58,947 bases of DNA from Nemertoderma westbladi (GCA_032718475.1 JAUCBJ010009085.1:1-58947), one strand, 5' to 3'; positions 12,101-26,144 are shown, counted from the first letter of the stretch. The notes: generated by a model not told the origin, from the sequence alone. Numbers and translations are program-made.

Positions 12101-13370
12101 CTTAGTAAATTACTGGAAAATATTATTTTGGCACGGTGCTTGTCCTTGATGTATACGACTGATAATCAGTTTGGATTTAAGACAAAATTAGGTACGGAAA
12201 TATGTATCTTTACACTTAAGGAGATACTTAATTACTATATTTCTAACAATACGCCCATATGTATGTTGGATGCCAGTAAAGCATTCGACAAAATAAATCA
12301 TTTTAAGTTATTTAGTAAACTGATATCGCGGGGTTTTCCATTATATGTAGTCCGCATTATTTTATATTGGTATCGAGCTCAGTCGATGCATGTAATCTGG
12401 GGTGGTTTTACATCTGCTAAGTTTACTGTTACCAATGGTACTAAGCAAGGTGGTATTTTGTCGCCTTTGCTCTACAACATTTATATCGATGATTTAAGCA
12501 AGCAAATGTCCAGTGCTGATGTAGGTTGCGTTATTGATGGAACCAGGATTAATCACCTTGGTTACGCTGATGACTTATGTTTAATTTCAAACTCTATTTT
12601 TGGTTTACAGCACTTAATAGATATATGTGTTACCTACGCAAAGGGTAATTCTATAACTTTCAATAAAAAGAAAAGTAAGTGTTTATATTTGTATCCTAAG
12701 GGGTCGACAATTATTTGTCGCCCTAGTGTTTATCTTAATGGCTCTCCTATTGAAGTCGTTGAGAAGTTTAATTATCTTGGCCATATTGTACACAGTACTT
12801 TAGATGACGACTACGATATCAGGAATCAAACTTGTAAGCTTTATTCTAGGGGTAATTTCTTGATTCGCAAATTCGGTTCATGCCCTGTCCCCGTTAAAGT
12901 TACTTTATTTCGTGCATATTGTACACCGTTATATTGTAATGCTCTTTGGGCCAGACAAAACTATTCTGAGTCTGTTCACAACAAACTCAAAGTAGCTTAT
13001 AATAATTGTGCTAGACGGTTTTTCAATATACCCAGAGTTGTTGATGATGAAACTACTAGCATTCGATTAGCTTTAGGGTCCTTAAATGTCCCTCTTTTTA
13101 TTCATATTCGTTATAGGGCGGTCGCTGGCCTTTTTTGCCGCATAACCAAACTAGATAACTACGTTCTGCGCGCCATTTGCACCATTGCCAAGGGTTCTAG
13201 AATTTGCGCAATGCGTAATACCGAATATCTATGTAGCTAATTACGTTAATTTGTCTAATCATTTTGGTAATTTGTATAATTTAGTGTTATGTTTACATTG
13301 GTCATTATTGTGCTCTAACTATTTTACTATGGAATTTATTTTCTGAATTAAAGATTATAATAATAACTGT

Positions 13371-13538
13371 AGGTCGCACGTTGTGTATTGTTGGTCGCAC
13401 GTTGTGTACTGTCAGACTGTAGTGCGTACAGTGCCGCCTAGCCAACAGCAGCACCGCTTACCGGTTATGATAACAATTTACGAATACAATATGATTGCAG
13501 CCCGATAGTTGTATTTTCCGACTCATCATATTACCACA
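13371..13538 (+). repeat. Gypsy 3' LTR, second part
   Basis: Matches 193-339 with 4 substitutions and an extra 21-bp tandem segment; ends TACCACA. Confidence 0.95.
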
Positions 13539-14254
13539 ATCACTACTCAGCCAGAGTCAGAATAGTTGAATACAGATAGGGGGGAAACTGGATGCAATAA
13601 AAATTTATCCCTCTCCAGGGGAAATTCAGAAATTGGACGCAAATAACAGATGAATACTCTCAAAAATAAAACTGTAACCTGTTCTATTGTGTTTAGTTTA
13701 TTGTTTTGGTTAAAATAACGTGCCACTGTAACCTGCTCCTTTCCCTAAATTGAGAATTTAACATTGACAATTTATTGAGGCGGGATATTAATTAACCGAT
13801 ATGGGATTTGCGTCAAGTTTCCCTCCAGTATTTTTAACAACTACTGTATAACAGTATAAAGTGGCATCAATAGAAAGAAAGACTACAGCACAGGACTAAA
13901 TTGGCTATCCAAGACTACAAGGTAACCATCAATTTAATACATCATTTCCCTGACTGGGCTGGGCTCCAGTCCCAGGGCTGGCAGTAGGTAGTAGCCAATC
14001 AGCAATCAGTTTTTAATATTAATTATGTTTGTGTAGTATACCTGACTAATCCGATACTTTCACTGGGCAGAGTTTAGCAATAAGGGATGTGTCTCAAGCA
14101 ATCAGTAGATTAATAAGCTTAGGCTAAATATATCTCACTCCCATTGAGCGTTAGACTCTAACAACTATAGAGGTAAAACTTTGTTAAGTGCATTTGGTAA
14201 ATTATATTAAACGGACGACTCCAGTGGTGGGCTGAGGGGTTTGTGATAATAATT

Positions 14255-16986
14255 GAAGCTCAACCTGGGTTTCGAGGTGGTCGTTCTACAGTAGATCAGA
14301 TTTTTATTTTGAAAACAATTATTATTGATAATTTTATAGGTAAACGTGCTAAGCTTTATTGTGCATTTATTGACCTAAGAAAAGCGTTTGAATGTGTAGA
14401 TGAAGTGCTTTATGGGTAAAACTAACGAGGCTTGGTTTTTCAGGAAAAGTTTTTAATGTAATAAAAAGTATGTACAGTGCAGTTAAATCACGAGTACGTG
14501 TAGATGGGGAACTTTCTGGTGAGTTTATATGTTGGTTGGGCGTGAGGCAGGGCGAATGTCTTAGTCCATTGTTATTTAATCTATTTTTAAATGATTTAGA
14601 ATCTGAATTGGCTGCAAATGGTATTCAAGGTATCTCAATTGGCACATTTAAACTTTTAATGTTGTTGTATGCCGATGACATTGTGCTGATAGCAAACACA
14701 GTTAATGATTTACAACATGCATTTAATATATTGGGTAGTTATTGTGACTATTGGTCTCTTACGGTTAACCTTGACAAATCTAACGTTGTTGTATTTAGGA
14801 AAGGGGGATAAGTGGCCTCCCATGAAAAATGGAAATATAAGGGTCATAATGTCGGCTGATTGATAATTGTTGTAAATATTCACAATTACATAATATTATT
14901 TTCAATATGAAGAAAACAAAGGTTATGTACTTTGTAGCAAAGGACTCATTTTGTATGTTTCCTCCCATGTACTTATATGGCATACAGATTGAACGTGCAG
15001 TTAAATTTACTTATTTAGGTCACGTGATACATGACACCAGAGACGATGACTTCGATATTAGGAAGGCCACACGTGGCATCTATGCTCGAGGTAACATGTT
15101 GATGCGTAAATTTAAATCCTGCTCAACGTCTGTTAAGGTACAATTGTTTAGGTTGTTTATAACTCCGGTATATTGCAATGCCTTGTGGTCGCGCAATAAT
15201 TACTTGCACTCTGTTCATAATCGTATCAAAGTTGCTTACAGCAGTGCTGCTCGATTGCTATTTTCATTACCAGTACGCGGTAGTATGTCGCTGTTTTTTG
15301 GTGTGCACAGCTTGCCGTGTTTCATCATGTGCGTCATAAATCGATAGTCAATTTATTTAATAGGATTGATGCTACCACTAATAATCTAGTATCAACAGTT
15401 GCCGTGGGAACACAGCACTGTTCAAGAACGACATCGATGTTGTCCTCAATGTTATACTGATAATTTGTTAATAATACCATTTTTGTGCATTCCTTTTAGT
15501 AATTAATATTTTAGGCCCTAGTGTAGAATATGGATGACGTGTATGTAATTAATAATTATATTGATATATATATATATATTGTCTGGAATAAATAAATAAA
15601 TAAAATAAATAAATGTTAAAGTGGTGGGTGAATGAATATACGTATCTGGGAGTATTAAGTATTTGTGGGGGCAGCTTTGCCGGCGCTCAGTAAAATCTGG
15701 CTAACAAAGGGGAAAAAGCTAATTTTTCGTTGACAAAGTATTTGGTTAATTTTCCCACCACGGATTTCATTACGGCTAGTGATTTATTTAATGAATTAGT
15801 CCAATTAATCCAATTTTGATATATTATGGTTACGAAGTTTGTGGTTTTTGTTCGTCAGTTGAAACAGTTGAAACATAACGTGTCTTATTAAAATTCTTAA
15901 AGAACCGCCTTGGAGTGAAGGTAACAACCCCAAACTTCATGGTTTACGGTGATTCTGGCATTTTCCCGCTAGAAATTGAAAGATACAGTAGGATTATAAA
16001 GTATTGGTTAAAGTTACTAAGGTGCAATGACTCTAGATTAGTTAAACAGGCCTGTAGTGATTAACTTAATATTATTCTTGTGAATATCTGTTTGGTAAAA
16101 TATGTGTGGTTTATTCGTATAGGAATATTCAGCTGTTTGTTTACATTATGTAAATGGTATTAGGAATGAGGGAGGTAGTGGGAGAATATATTATATATTA
16201 GTGAGTTGAGTATAAGATAATTCATTAAAATACATTGAATCATTAAAATCATTAAATTGTTTATTGAATTATATAAAAACGATTTCTTTCATTTTACATT
16301 AAATATTATACTTATTTTGTGTGGTGTAATTAAATATGGAGGATCCCACGTTCAAAGACGACACCATAGGCCTATATTTTGCAATTGAATGAACTAAATA
16401 CTGGTAGAACAGGGGATGGTGGAAATTGGGCTATTTACTAAATAATCTGGGATTTACTTGGGCGTGGGAAAGACCCGGGGACATATTAAATGAGAGGAAA
16501 TTCATTCTAAATGTTCGTGAACGACTATGTGCACAGTTCGTACAGGGTTGGTGGGGTGCCATCGAGCGGTCGCCGACAGCGAAGGGTATGCTCTATAGCA
16601 AGATGGATTTCAGTTTGGAGAATAATAACCTATCTATGTTGAGAGGTCATGCAGGTCTTAGTAGATTGATTTCCAGGTTCAGGTGTTCGTCACATGCACT
16701 TCTGATCGAGAGCGGCCGGTGGTATAAAACACCCAGAGAATCGAGAATCTGCCCGGTTTGTAATAAATATGATATAGAGGATGAATATCATTTTTTGTTG
16801 GTGTGTGATGGTTATCGAGATCTGCGCATGAAGCACTTCTCTGGGCGCTACAATGTGAATCCTACTATATTTAAATACCATGAGCTAATGGGGGCAACTA
16901 CCAGGGAAAATCTACTAAAGTTAGGCCGTTACCTTAATGAGGCTTTTCGGGTTAGGGAGAACATTATGCAATGTCGTTCCATATAA
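14255..16986 (+). pseudogene. Decayed, 5'-truncated LINE ORF2 (RT plus C-terminal CCHC), interrupted twice
   Basis: GFRGGRSTVDQIF, FIDLRKAF, GVRQGECLSP, LLYADD; KYWLKLL near 16000; RICPVC...EDEYHFLLVC in ORF 16426-16986. Confidence 0.88.
14853..15611 (+). mobile_element. 5'-truncated LINE related to the 4417-13365 family, nested in the other LINE
   Basis: YARGNMLMRKF..CS..VKVQLF..YCNALW homologous to the C-terminus of ORF 11600-13240; (AAAT)n tail; AATGT TSD at 14848-14852 and 15612-15616. Confidence 0.88.
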
Positions 16987-19189
16987 CATTCATATCAATT
17001 ATTTTTGTGGGAATTATACAGTGTGTGCTTTCGTGAGTTTATTTTTCAAACCTAAAATTTATTTATTTTATATTCGTTGATTTTCATTGTGCTTATTATC
17101 TCCTTATAGTTGTTTGTGCAATTAATTGTTCGGTCACTAATAGCCTTAATTGGTTGATGTGCCTATTATACAACACCAACAGCTAATGGCTATTAATTTA
17201 GCTCAAAAATCTAATTTCCATTATATTAGGTTTATTGTAGGTGTCTGAGTAGGCCCTACCTGTATTTGTTTGTACTGTATATTTCCTAGGTATTTTAAGG
17301 TGGACTGTATTTTGATGTCGACTGCGGCCTGGCCGCTGTTCCCCCTGACGCTTATTCATAACCATCAGGGTTGATGTCTTCCTGGGCTGCCTCGTGCAAT
17401 TATATTTTATAATCCGCGAGTTGATGAAAAAAATATATTATATAAAATATATTATTATTATATTATTATTATCGCGGCTTAATAGAGATCATCTTGCAAG
17501 ATGTCTTAAGTCAACTTAAATGGAGTATTTAATTGGCCTTTAATTTGGATTAAGTTGGTCTATTGACCCCCCTACCTCTACTTTTGGTTATTTTGAGTGA
17601 AAACGTGCTAATTATTAATTTATGTGAATAATACCTCCTTAATCAATAAATATCTATCTATCTAATAGAAAATTTCGCCGGGCCCAGGCTCGAGCCTCGT
17701 CAGCCCATTGGGTGATACGACACTGCCCCACCCCCCCCCCCCCCATCCCGCCTCATCATCCATTTTTACGCCTGGTGCCCTTGACTTCAATGAAGAACAA
17801 ACACCAAGAATTGTATACAAATAAGTTTCAATTTAAAACTTTATTACCGTCATCGTTTAATGACCAGGATAGAACTGTACCGCGGTTACTCTATGTTGAC
17901 TGTTGATGTTTTAGTTCTAAGGAACGGACTAAAGGCAACGCACGCAGTACCAAAACCTGCTCTTCCTCGCACCAACCGAAGGCACCTAAACCTGCAGCAC
18001 CCAAACCTGCGGCACCACAAACTGCTGCACTTAAACTTTAAACCTATGGTACCTCCAACCTTGGAACCTAAACCAGTGGCAGCTAAACCTGCGGCAACTA
18101 AATCCTCTGTAGCCCATCCTTTGGCACCTAAAGCTGCAGAAGTATATTGGTGCTACAAAAAATTATATTTGGTGCTAAATAATTTTTTTTGATGTGAAAT
18201 CATTTTCTTTGAGGTGGCATTCAATTAGTGGCGTTAATTATTTCCCCCCATATTAAAAGTTACATCATTTAAGATAATGGTGACTTTCAACACCCGTTTT
18301 CGCTTATATGTTGTCTTCTTTTGGAGGTTCTCCGCAACGCCACATATGGAATGGTTTCGACATACTAAAGTCTGTATTCCTGATATGTTGAAATTAACTG
18401 TAAGATGGTAAAACGACATAGCTTTTCATATTTTAGATTGGGGTGATTTGTTAAGTTAAGTTATAATCAGTAATTGGACTGATGGGATAATTGATATTTT
18501 AAACACGTGACTCATCGGAACTGGGATAATTCCAGAATTTCGATATGTATGTATGTATGTATGTAAGTATGTATATTATTTATTGACTACAAAGAAACAG
18601 ATAATGATTTATGATACACGGAAAACAAAAGTAGATCAACGGTAGTCCTAACGGATCAACGATATCATATCGTATACAAATAAAGCGAATTAATATTATA
18701 TATATGCATATTTTGCATAATGAGACAAATACAGTATAAATAAAATACACAAAAACGAACATTAATTTAATGACTTGTTAGAAGTATGACAGATTACATC
18801 TACATAAAGGAATATATTAAACAACACAATGGGGTAAGAAAGAAGTATGATCGCATGGTGATAAATTATTATTAACAGCATAAACGAAAGAAAAATTAGT
18901 TTAATAGGTGATATGAGAAATGAGTTTAATACATGATTTATGGAGTATATGATTTGTATCGGCAGGAATATCATTTAATATCTTTATAATTAATATAATT
19001 AAATATAGGTCAATGGTAACTATCTAAATAAGTAAGGTCAATGGTAAGTATAATATATAATATAAATATGTAATAAATAGATTAACTTTATAAGTAATGT
19101 CACTAATAAGAAAGTAGGCCTATAGCGAATAATATAAATAAATGATTGATCAATAGAGTAACTTACGTAAAGTCACTGATAAATATATC

Positions 19190-21885
19190 TACTAAAAGGC
19201 GCAGAAAGAGTCCCGACTCAAACAGACTACAGCGGCCAAGAATGCAGTTAAGGGGGGGGTACACCATTTTCGGACAACTCTTCGATTTATCACTCTCAGC
19301 GTTTCAAAATTGTTTGGTTTTGGCTAAAATTTGGCATATAGGTGCCTAAGATGATATTCTACATGACAGGTCAGAAAAAAATTATTTTTCGCTATTTAAT
19401 ATTAGTTAATACTAGTTAACAATAAAAAAAACTTGGTTGCGCTTAAAACCCTAAGGCTTTTACAGTTTTGATTCTAATCACATGAAAGTTTTTTTATATG
19501 ATAGATCAAAGATGGGGCAACATAACTATCAGGCGAAATTTTGTTAAAATAATTCTGCACCGCTAGGTGGCGCTGCAAATTTATGCAAATTTTTAGGTTT
19601 TTTATAAATAGTATTAAATTTTATTAACAAAAAATTTCGAAAAGTTGCCTGATACTTTTATGCAGGGTGGCTATCTAGACACCCACAGGAAGTTTCAGAC
19701 TAATTGCTCAAAAATTGTAGAAGTAGTAGGGTTTTGAAGTTGACAATTTCATGAAAAAAATATTTGGAGATAATCGACCTTTCATTATACATAGTAATAG
19801 TAATTTCAATAGGATTCCCTAAATGGAAATTTACATAACTTAAAAACTAAAAGAGCTATTAAATAGCGGTTTTCAGATTTGGAAACACCATTCAATGGTG
19901 CATTATAATAGACCATAAAAAAAATTTCGACATATTTTGGACCAAAATGGTGTACCCCCCCCTTAAGGCTGCATATAGGTCCCTGAACAGGCAGTACTCT
20001 GTTAATCTACAGGAGCTTATAGATTAACAGGTTGATGCCATGAATGATGCCGACGACAGCAGGCAATCATCCCAGGCATGGAAATCGATCAACTTGCTTA
20101 CTGGGCGGAAAAGCCAACCAACCACCAAGGTTAAGGCAAAATCACCAGCCGATTGCCTCAATGGTCGGAAGGCCCACTTTGAAAAGCTCTTCCACAATGA
20201 CAGGGTATTACCCGATAACTTTATAGAAGTAAAAGTGTCTGAGTCTGTACTCCCAGATATTCCCATTGGTGATTATCTCCTTGAGTGAAGGCTGCTGCAA
20301 AGAGCATTACGACCAATCGTGCCAGTGGAGCATGTGGTGTTCCCCCTGAGGTTTTTAAAATACCTGAGTGTTTAAAGCTCATTTATCCCATCATAGTAGA
20401 CATGTACAGAACGACAATAGTCCCACAAGAAATGAAAACAAGTTGGTGCCAGTTCCCAAGAAGGGCAACCTAACACTCTATGGTTCTTTTCGGGGAATCT
20501 CATTGATCTCGATTGCTGCAAAGCTATACAATAGAATTCCATTAAATCGCATCAGGGATCCCATTGAGAGACTGCTCCATGGAAATCAGAATGGGTTCCG
20601 TAAAGGTCGTGTGACCATGGAGCCCATTTTGCCACTTGAAGAGTTATCAAAAAAGAAAGACAGGCATCTGGCTGTTATATTTGTTGACTTCTTCAAGGCC
20701 TTTGATTCAGTCTCTCGGTCACGTATGTTCAGCATACTTTCATTATATGGGATTCCTGATGAAATTATTGAAGCAATCAGATCAGTATACGATGATGGTT
20801 CGACAACATTTTTGTCTAGTGTTGATGGAGACCATTCCTCTTCATAATTGTCGTTGTATGTAATAATAATAATAATAATAAGATATGATAATATAATTTG
20901 TAATAATAATTGTTGTGTATATTCTACGCATGTCCGTAGATCATCATAATGATGATGGGGTGATGGTAACTCCACCTACTGGCTCCAGAAGTCGAGGAAA
21001 TCCTTGCCATGTACCTAACTGATCTAGACTTGGCTGATGACTTAAGAGTATTCTCAGAATCACTAGAGGGAGCCCAACGGCTCCTCAGCTCATTAGAACA
21101 GGCTGCTTCAAGTGTTGTTATTTTTATTAACTCCAAAATTTTGACAGTTAACTTTGAAAGTCCTCAGCAAGTCTCTGACCGGATGAGCATAAGATCAAAG
21201 GATGGTATGCTTGAGCATGTGGACGACTTCTGTTGCCTGGGATCATGGATCCGGAAGACTGATGAGGACCTTCAAATACGTAAGAGAAAGGCATGGATGG
21301 GCAGCCTTGAATAGGCTTTCCAGGATTTTGAAGTTACATAGAATTCATCGCAAACTTAGGTCCAATTATTTAGAGAAGCAGTAGTTCCAGTACTCCTCTA
21401 TGGGCGTCCATGCTGGGCTCAAACTGCTGAGGACACCAAATCTCTGGATGGCACATTCACAAAAATGCTACGCCGGGTCAACGGTGTCAAGTACAATGCA
21501 CAGCACACATCTCCAACCAGACACTATGTAACATTGGAGGTGTCCCATTGGTTCCACCAAGCATGACACTAGAACAAAGCCGCCTCTGCTTTGCAGGACA
21601 CTGCTTTCGCCGTGAGGACCAGCCAGTGCATAATCTTGTGCTTTGGCGGCCTGATTGAGTGAATAATGAATAAGCATGGTGGACAGCCCATGACTATCTT
21701 GAGACGCATCTTAAAGGTCACTGGCCTTGAAGATGCGGATGATCTAGCAAATGTCATGGGTGATAGGGAGTTGTGGCGGCGCAATTTTGTCGAGAAGCCG
21801 GCACAGCATTCTTAATATATATGTAATATATATATAGTGCAGCTGCAATCCAGCATGCCGATCCATCCTAGTAGTAGTAGTAGTA
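19190..21885 (+). mobile_element. Decayed RTE-type LINE
   Basis: PVPKKG, RGISL, NQNGFRKG, FVDFFKAFDSV and DLADD in fragments; (TAG)n tail near 21869-21885. Confidence 0.88.
19252..19962. mobile_element. Kolobok-like MITE inserted in the RTE
   Basis: TTAA TSD at 19248-19251 and 19963-19966; perfect 19-bp TIR GGGGGGGGTACACCATTTT; purine-starting ends with a TTAA target fit Kolobok. Confidence 0.85.
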
Positions 21886-21989
21886 CGCATACAGGTGGCA
21901 GTCACAGAGGAAATGTTTTTCTTATTCTACCAGCCCGCATTTGCAAAGTCGCATTTCACGAGGTATATATCTGTATCACCTCTTTTCCA

Positions 21990-22455
21990 CTGCATGTTCA
22001 TGAGAGCTGGTGCGTAGGCGGGCGTACGATGTTATGGCTGATAAAGAGTAAAGCAGTTATAAGCATGCGGTCGGGAGTGGGTGGGGTCTATTTCTAAATA
22101 CATCATATATTTGGATTTTCCTTTTGCTATTTTTCGAGGATTGCATTTTTAGTGATGATAAGGGTGAATCAAGAATAGCTAAAGGATCTGCAGTAGGTTC
22201 ATGTGGGATTTGATATGAGAGCAGATTGGGGAGTGGAGAGCCTGCTTCAATGGCGAATTGTTAAAGTTGTCCCTGGCTTCTGTTTTGGATTGACATGCTG
22301 TACTAGCCTTGATGATGTCTTTGACGAGGGGGCGACCTAATTAGATATAGGGAAACTCTTTTGGCATGGAGGTTTTGATTCCGAGTATCGTCTTTAGTGT
22401 TTTGCGGTATTTGATCTCTAATTTATGGAGTGGTATATTTCCCCAACCCTCACAG
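21990..22455 (-). pseudogene. Relic of a LINE ORF2 C-terminal region
   Basis: Minus strand reads CEGWGNIPLHKLEIKYRKTLKTILGIKTS, resembling the post-RT region of LINEs. Confidence 0.5.
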
Positions 22456-22539
22456 TTAATAGGATTGCATAAATATAAAAATAAATTAAAAGTTAATAGA
22501 AAAGTTGAGTGGTTTGATTATTATTCGATTTCAAGCGGA

Positions 22540-23015
22540 GATTGAAAAATTCACACCTGAGGAAAGGAAATTATTACAACATATGAGACGATCAAATGTA
22601 TAATCTTGCTCCATTAATAGATATGTTTTATAATTATAATATGCCAGTAATTGTTAATAATCAAAATATAGCGATTAAATATGAAATAGCAAATGGCAGC
22701 AGAGGAAAAGTTGAAAGTATTCAATTTCCCGAATATACGACATTTACTACAGAAGATTATTCTCCTGGTAACACTATAAAAGTTCAGCGACCATCATGTG
22801 TTCCTGAATTTGTTGTCTTAGATCCAATGTTTCGGAAATGTCCTCTGGAATTGAAAATGTTCCATCTGGTTGATTTCCATTGTGGCCATTGTAATAGAAA
22901 ACATTCGGATCACAAGAAACTCCATTTAGTTTTGAAATTGAACCCAATTCCCAAAGTCAAGCCTTTAACTCACTGTTCATAAGATACAAGGTTTACCATT
23001 TCAATCTATGATAAT
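22540..23015 (+). pseudogene. PIF1-family helicase C-terminal relic (Helitron-like)
   Basis: MPVIVNNQNI...IANGSRGKV and, in another frame near 22970-23000, LTVHKIQGL (PIF1 motif). Confidence 0.7.
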
Positions 23016-24194
23016 TTTTTTAATTAGAAGCTGCTAGTGGCATCACGTGGCTAATGTTTGCAAGGCAATTCATGAAAAAGTTACACCCCACAACCTGATT
23101 TTGATTGAGGCAGTTACTGAAGGCTTTTCAATATAATAATACTAAACCAGATAGGCGATCCAGTTGAAAGGCTGCTGCTGCATGGCAAACAAAAGAGTTC
23201 CAAATTAGTTACCTTGGGGACCACTCATATCATCAACAATCATTTCAAGTACGTATATTTACAGTTGTTGTTACTCTGTTCTGCATAGCGTTCTTGTCCT
23301 ATTTTTGCAACCTTCACTGCCTTCGTTAATGTAACAAATCACTCGGCTCTTATGTTCTTATATTTATATATGCGGCTATTTAATATTCTAATATTCATAT
23401 GATTACATAGTTATTACTAGAAAGAATCACCTTGTAATTGGTTAATCTACTCAAGTCTGAGCTGTATTATTATACATAACATGTGTTCCTGATTTTTTAA
23501 TAAAGTACAGTGTATCTGGAATCATTTATCAATCTTTTTGATTTATTTCCCAATATATTATTTCCATTTACAAGTTATCAAAAATTCATAATGTAGTGGA
23601 AAACGGGTAGAAATCCAGGCTATATCTTCCCCGAAGTCTAGCATTCCACCTAGGCCCTTACAACATTTGAGGCAAGTCACTAAACAAGCCTGTCTACATC
23701 CCAGGACCCTCTATACAACACAGTATTTGCTGATATGTTGCATCTTGCTGCATCCAAGTTCATGAGATGCAGTAGATGAGGTACAGGTGGGTGGACCTTG
23801 TTTTATGGTTCACCGGATGAAATAGTAGAAACAGAGTTTAAGAAAGACATCGAAGAGAGGTGATATCTATGTTTTCAATATCATGCTATCAAGTCAAATG
23901 TAGCTTCTATTTAGATTACCCTATACTTGGATTACCTTGCCTATCACATCTTACCTATATAACCCCTAATCTAATCAAACTTATATCCATATCCCGTCCC
24001 GCCCCGTATTCCAAATATCCATCCACCATCCCTCCTGGTGGGCACCAGTTCACTAGCTATGCTATTTGGCTGCCCCCTTCAATACCTATATATTGTATTG
24101 ATATATTTTTTATGTGCGTAAATTAGGTTTAATTTATGGTGCTTTTAATTACTTATATTATTGTATATTGGTAATAAATAATAATTATTATTAG

Positions 24195-25080
24195 TACCGG
24201 GCTATAAAATGTTGTACAAATACCGGAGGGGGGGGGGGGGGGGGGGTCATTTGGACCCATCCCCACACCCCTCTAACATCTACAAATTTCCGCGAAAACG
24301 TCTCATTTTTTGTTTGTACGTAGATTTCACTAGTCGGAATCCGACCGCAAAAAAAATTTTCGAAAAAATATACTGGGGTGGTAATTTTGCAGCAAAATTT
24401 CAAGTAGTGAACAATTTTCGGCTAATCGTTTTTCAATACAGGTTTTCTGGTTTTTCAATTTTCAGGTTTTCAATACACATTTTCAGGTTTTCTGGGGCGC
24501 TGATTCTAATGGGATACATTTCTAAGTTGTCAGATCATTGCTACTCGTATTTTTCGGCGCAATATGGCAAATTTTGGTGCTAGCACCAAATTGCGTACCC
24601 ATCACCAAAAAGTATAAGATTGAGATGTCAGATGTCCAGTGCTGTTTGTATTGATTTCATTGGATTGGACCCTCAAAAATCCGTATAACGCAAGAAATAA
24701 GGTGACACAATCAATTGATATATTTGATGGGTTTCAAAATTTTGTGCTAGCAACTTGCAACGTTTGCATCCACTTCAGAAAAATATGAGTTTGAGATGTC
24801 TAGTTAGATAATAATTATTTATTCCATTAAATTCAGAACCGCCACAAACCTCGAAAACGCGATAAATAAATTGTCTCCAGCAATTGAACTATTGAATGGA
24901 TTTGCAAAATTTTGTGCTGGCCCCAAATTTTGACACAGCACCAAATAATACACGTTTGAAACGCCTGGTGCAACTCGTATATATTCCATCGAAACCAGAA
25001 CCCCAAAAAAACCTATTGCGTAAAAAATAGGGTCAAACAATCAGTTTACAAAATTGACATATTTCAAAATTTAAAATTCA
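24195..25080. mobile_element. Probable non-autonomous DNA transposon fragment
   Basis: ACCGGA(G)nTCATTTGGACCC end resembles the end architecture of the 6263-10685 element, with internal TTTTGTGCT repeats. No matching second end found. Confidence 0.4.
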
Positions 25081-26144
25081 AGTACATTGTTTTCTAGTGA
25101 GCTACTCACTTATTGGATGCTCCCTGGTAACAAAGAGAATCGCTTGGCAGTGGTTTTGTCACATGACTGTTCTTAAATTTGTGAATTTGTAAAAGTTTGC
25201 TAAAGCTTTTGTACCGATTTTTTCCTAATTTTGAGGTACTTTTTGTTTATGTCTCAATACTGTTTTGATGATAATTTTAGTTTATTAATAGATAATATCA
25301 TATGGTTATGGTTAATATATTAGTCTTTTTGTCTCCAGTCATTGAACCCCCTGATTGGTTATGTGTAGGATACTTCTGCTCCAAGTGTCTTGGATTCTGA
25401 GATGGCATATATGAAATATATGATTCTTTCATATATCTTATACCATATATGAAAGGGCAAGATATGGTTTTTTGCATTAAATCATATCAAGGGGATGTAA
25501 ATCACCTGGAACCACACATTCTCTCAATGTCATTATATTAAGGGCAGTGGTAGAGCCTGTGCTGCACTATAGCAGTCCTTGATAGGATCCTACAGTAGAA
25601 GACACCAGATTCCTTAATGGTACATAAACCAGAATGCTGTGCAAGACATACAATACAATCCTCAGTTAGAAACAAGGCAGTGTACTTTACAAGCTAGGTA
25701 GTGACTGTGAATTTCCAAAATGCACCACCACCCTTCTGGTATTAAGAATGAGACTTACCGGCCATTGTTATCATAGAACTGATCAGCAGTAGCATGAGCT
25801 TGTTCTATGGTGACAGCTGTCACGGCAAGAGGAAACTTCGTTGTCAGCCATTGATATTACTTAAACGACGGCTCTAAAAGACAGTGGTCTTGATAATGCC
25901 ACAGACAAGGCCATCCGACTCAGGCTGACCAATTGTCAGCCTGACCATGGGTGACCATGTATGCATATACTTTCTAGTATGCACAAATTATTACATTCCA
26001 CGCATGTATACGTAGGTTTTCAAATTTTTCTGGGCATATAAGCCATATTTAGAAAGGCAATTACCATAAGGTAGCTTAGTATTAATAATCTATAATCATT
26101 TACTTCATGTGACCTACATATAGCAGTTCAAATAGGCCTACAAG

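Larger units (their letters stand above)
5931..13240 (+). pseudogene. LINE ORF2 (APE endonuclease plus RT), split by a DNA transposon and one nonsense codon
   Basis: SYNCNS, LQE, GRPYGG, GDFNA, WLDH, LDASKAFD, GTKQGGILSP, YADD. Removing the insert and one TTAA restores FIGAVVN-LSNLHKLLILNVYMPY in frame. Single TAG at 11507-11509. Confidence 0.93.
4417..13365 (+). mobile_element. Full-length two-ORF non-LTR retrotransposon (APE-RT; RTEX/CR1-group-like, clade uncertain)
   Basis: ACTGT TSD at 4412-4416 and 13366-13370, (TAA)n tail, ORF1 and ORF2. Confidence 0.93.
66..13538 (+). mobile_element. Ty3/Gypsy LTR retrotransposon (Mag-like), complete but defective, with nested insertions in its 3' LTR
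   Basis: TG...CA LTRs, PBS, PPT and gag-PR-RT-RH-IN order. Flanks AACAC (61-65) and ATCAC (13539-13543) form a 5-bp TSD with one mismatch. Confidence 0.95.

Noticed and set aside
13558-13848. Possible MITE with imperfect inverted ends
   Set aside because: Inverted similarity is visible (GGGAAACT.GA.GCAA) but too degenerate, and no TSD could be confirmed.
25300-25960. Possible further LINE relics or upstream exons of the transporter
   Set aside because: No motif could be read with confidence.
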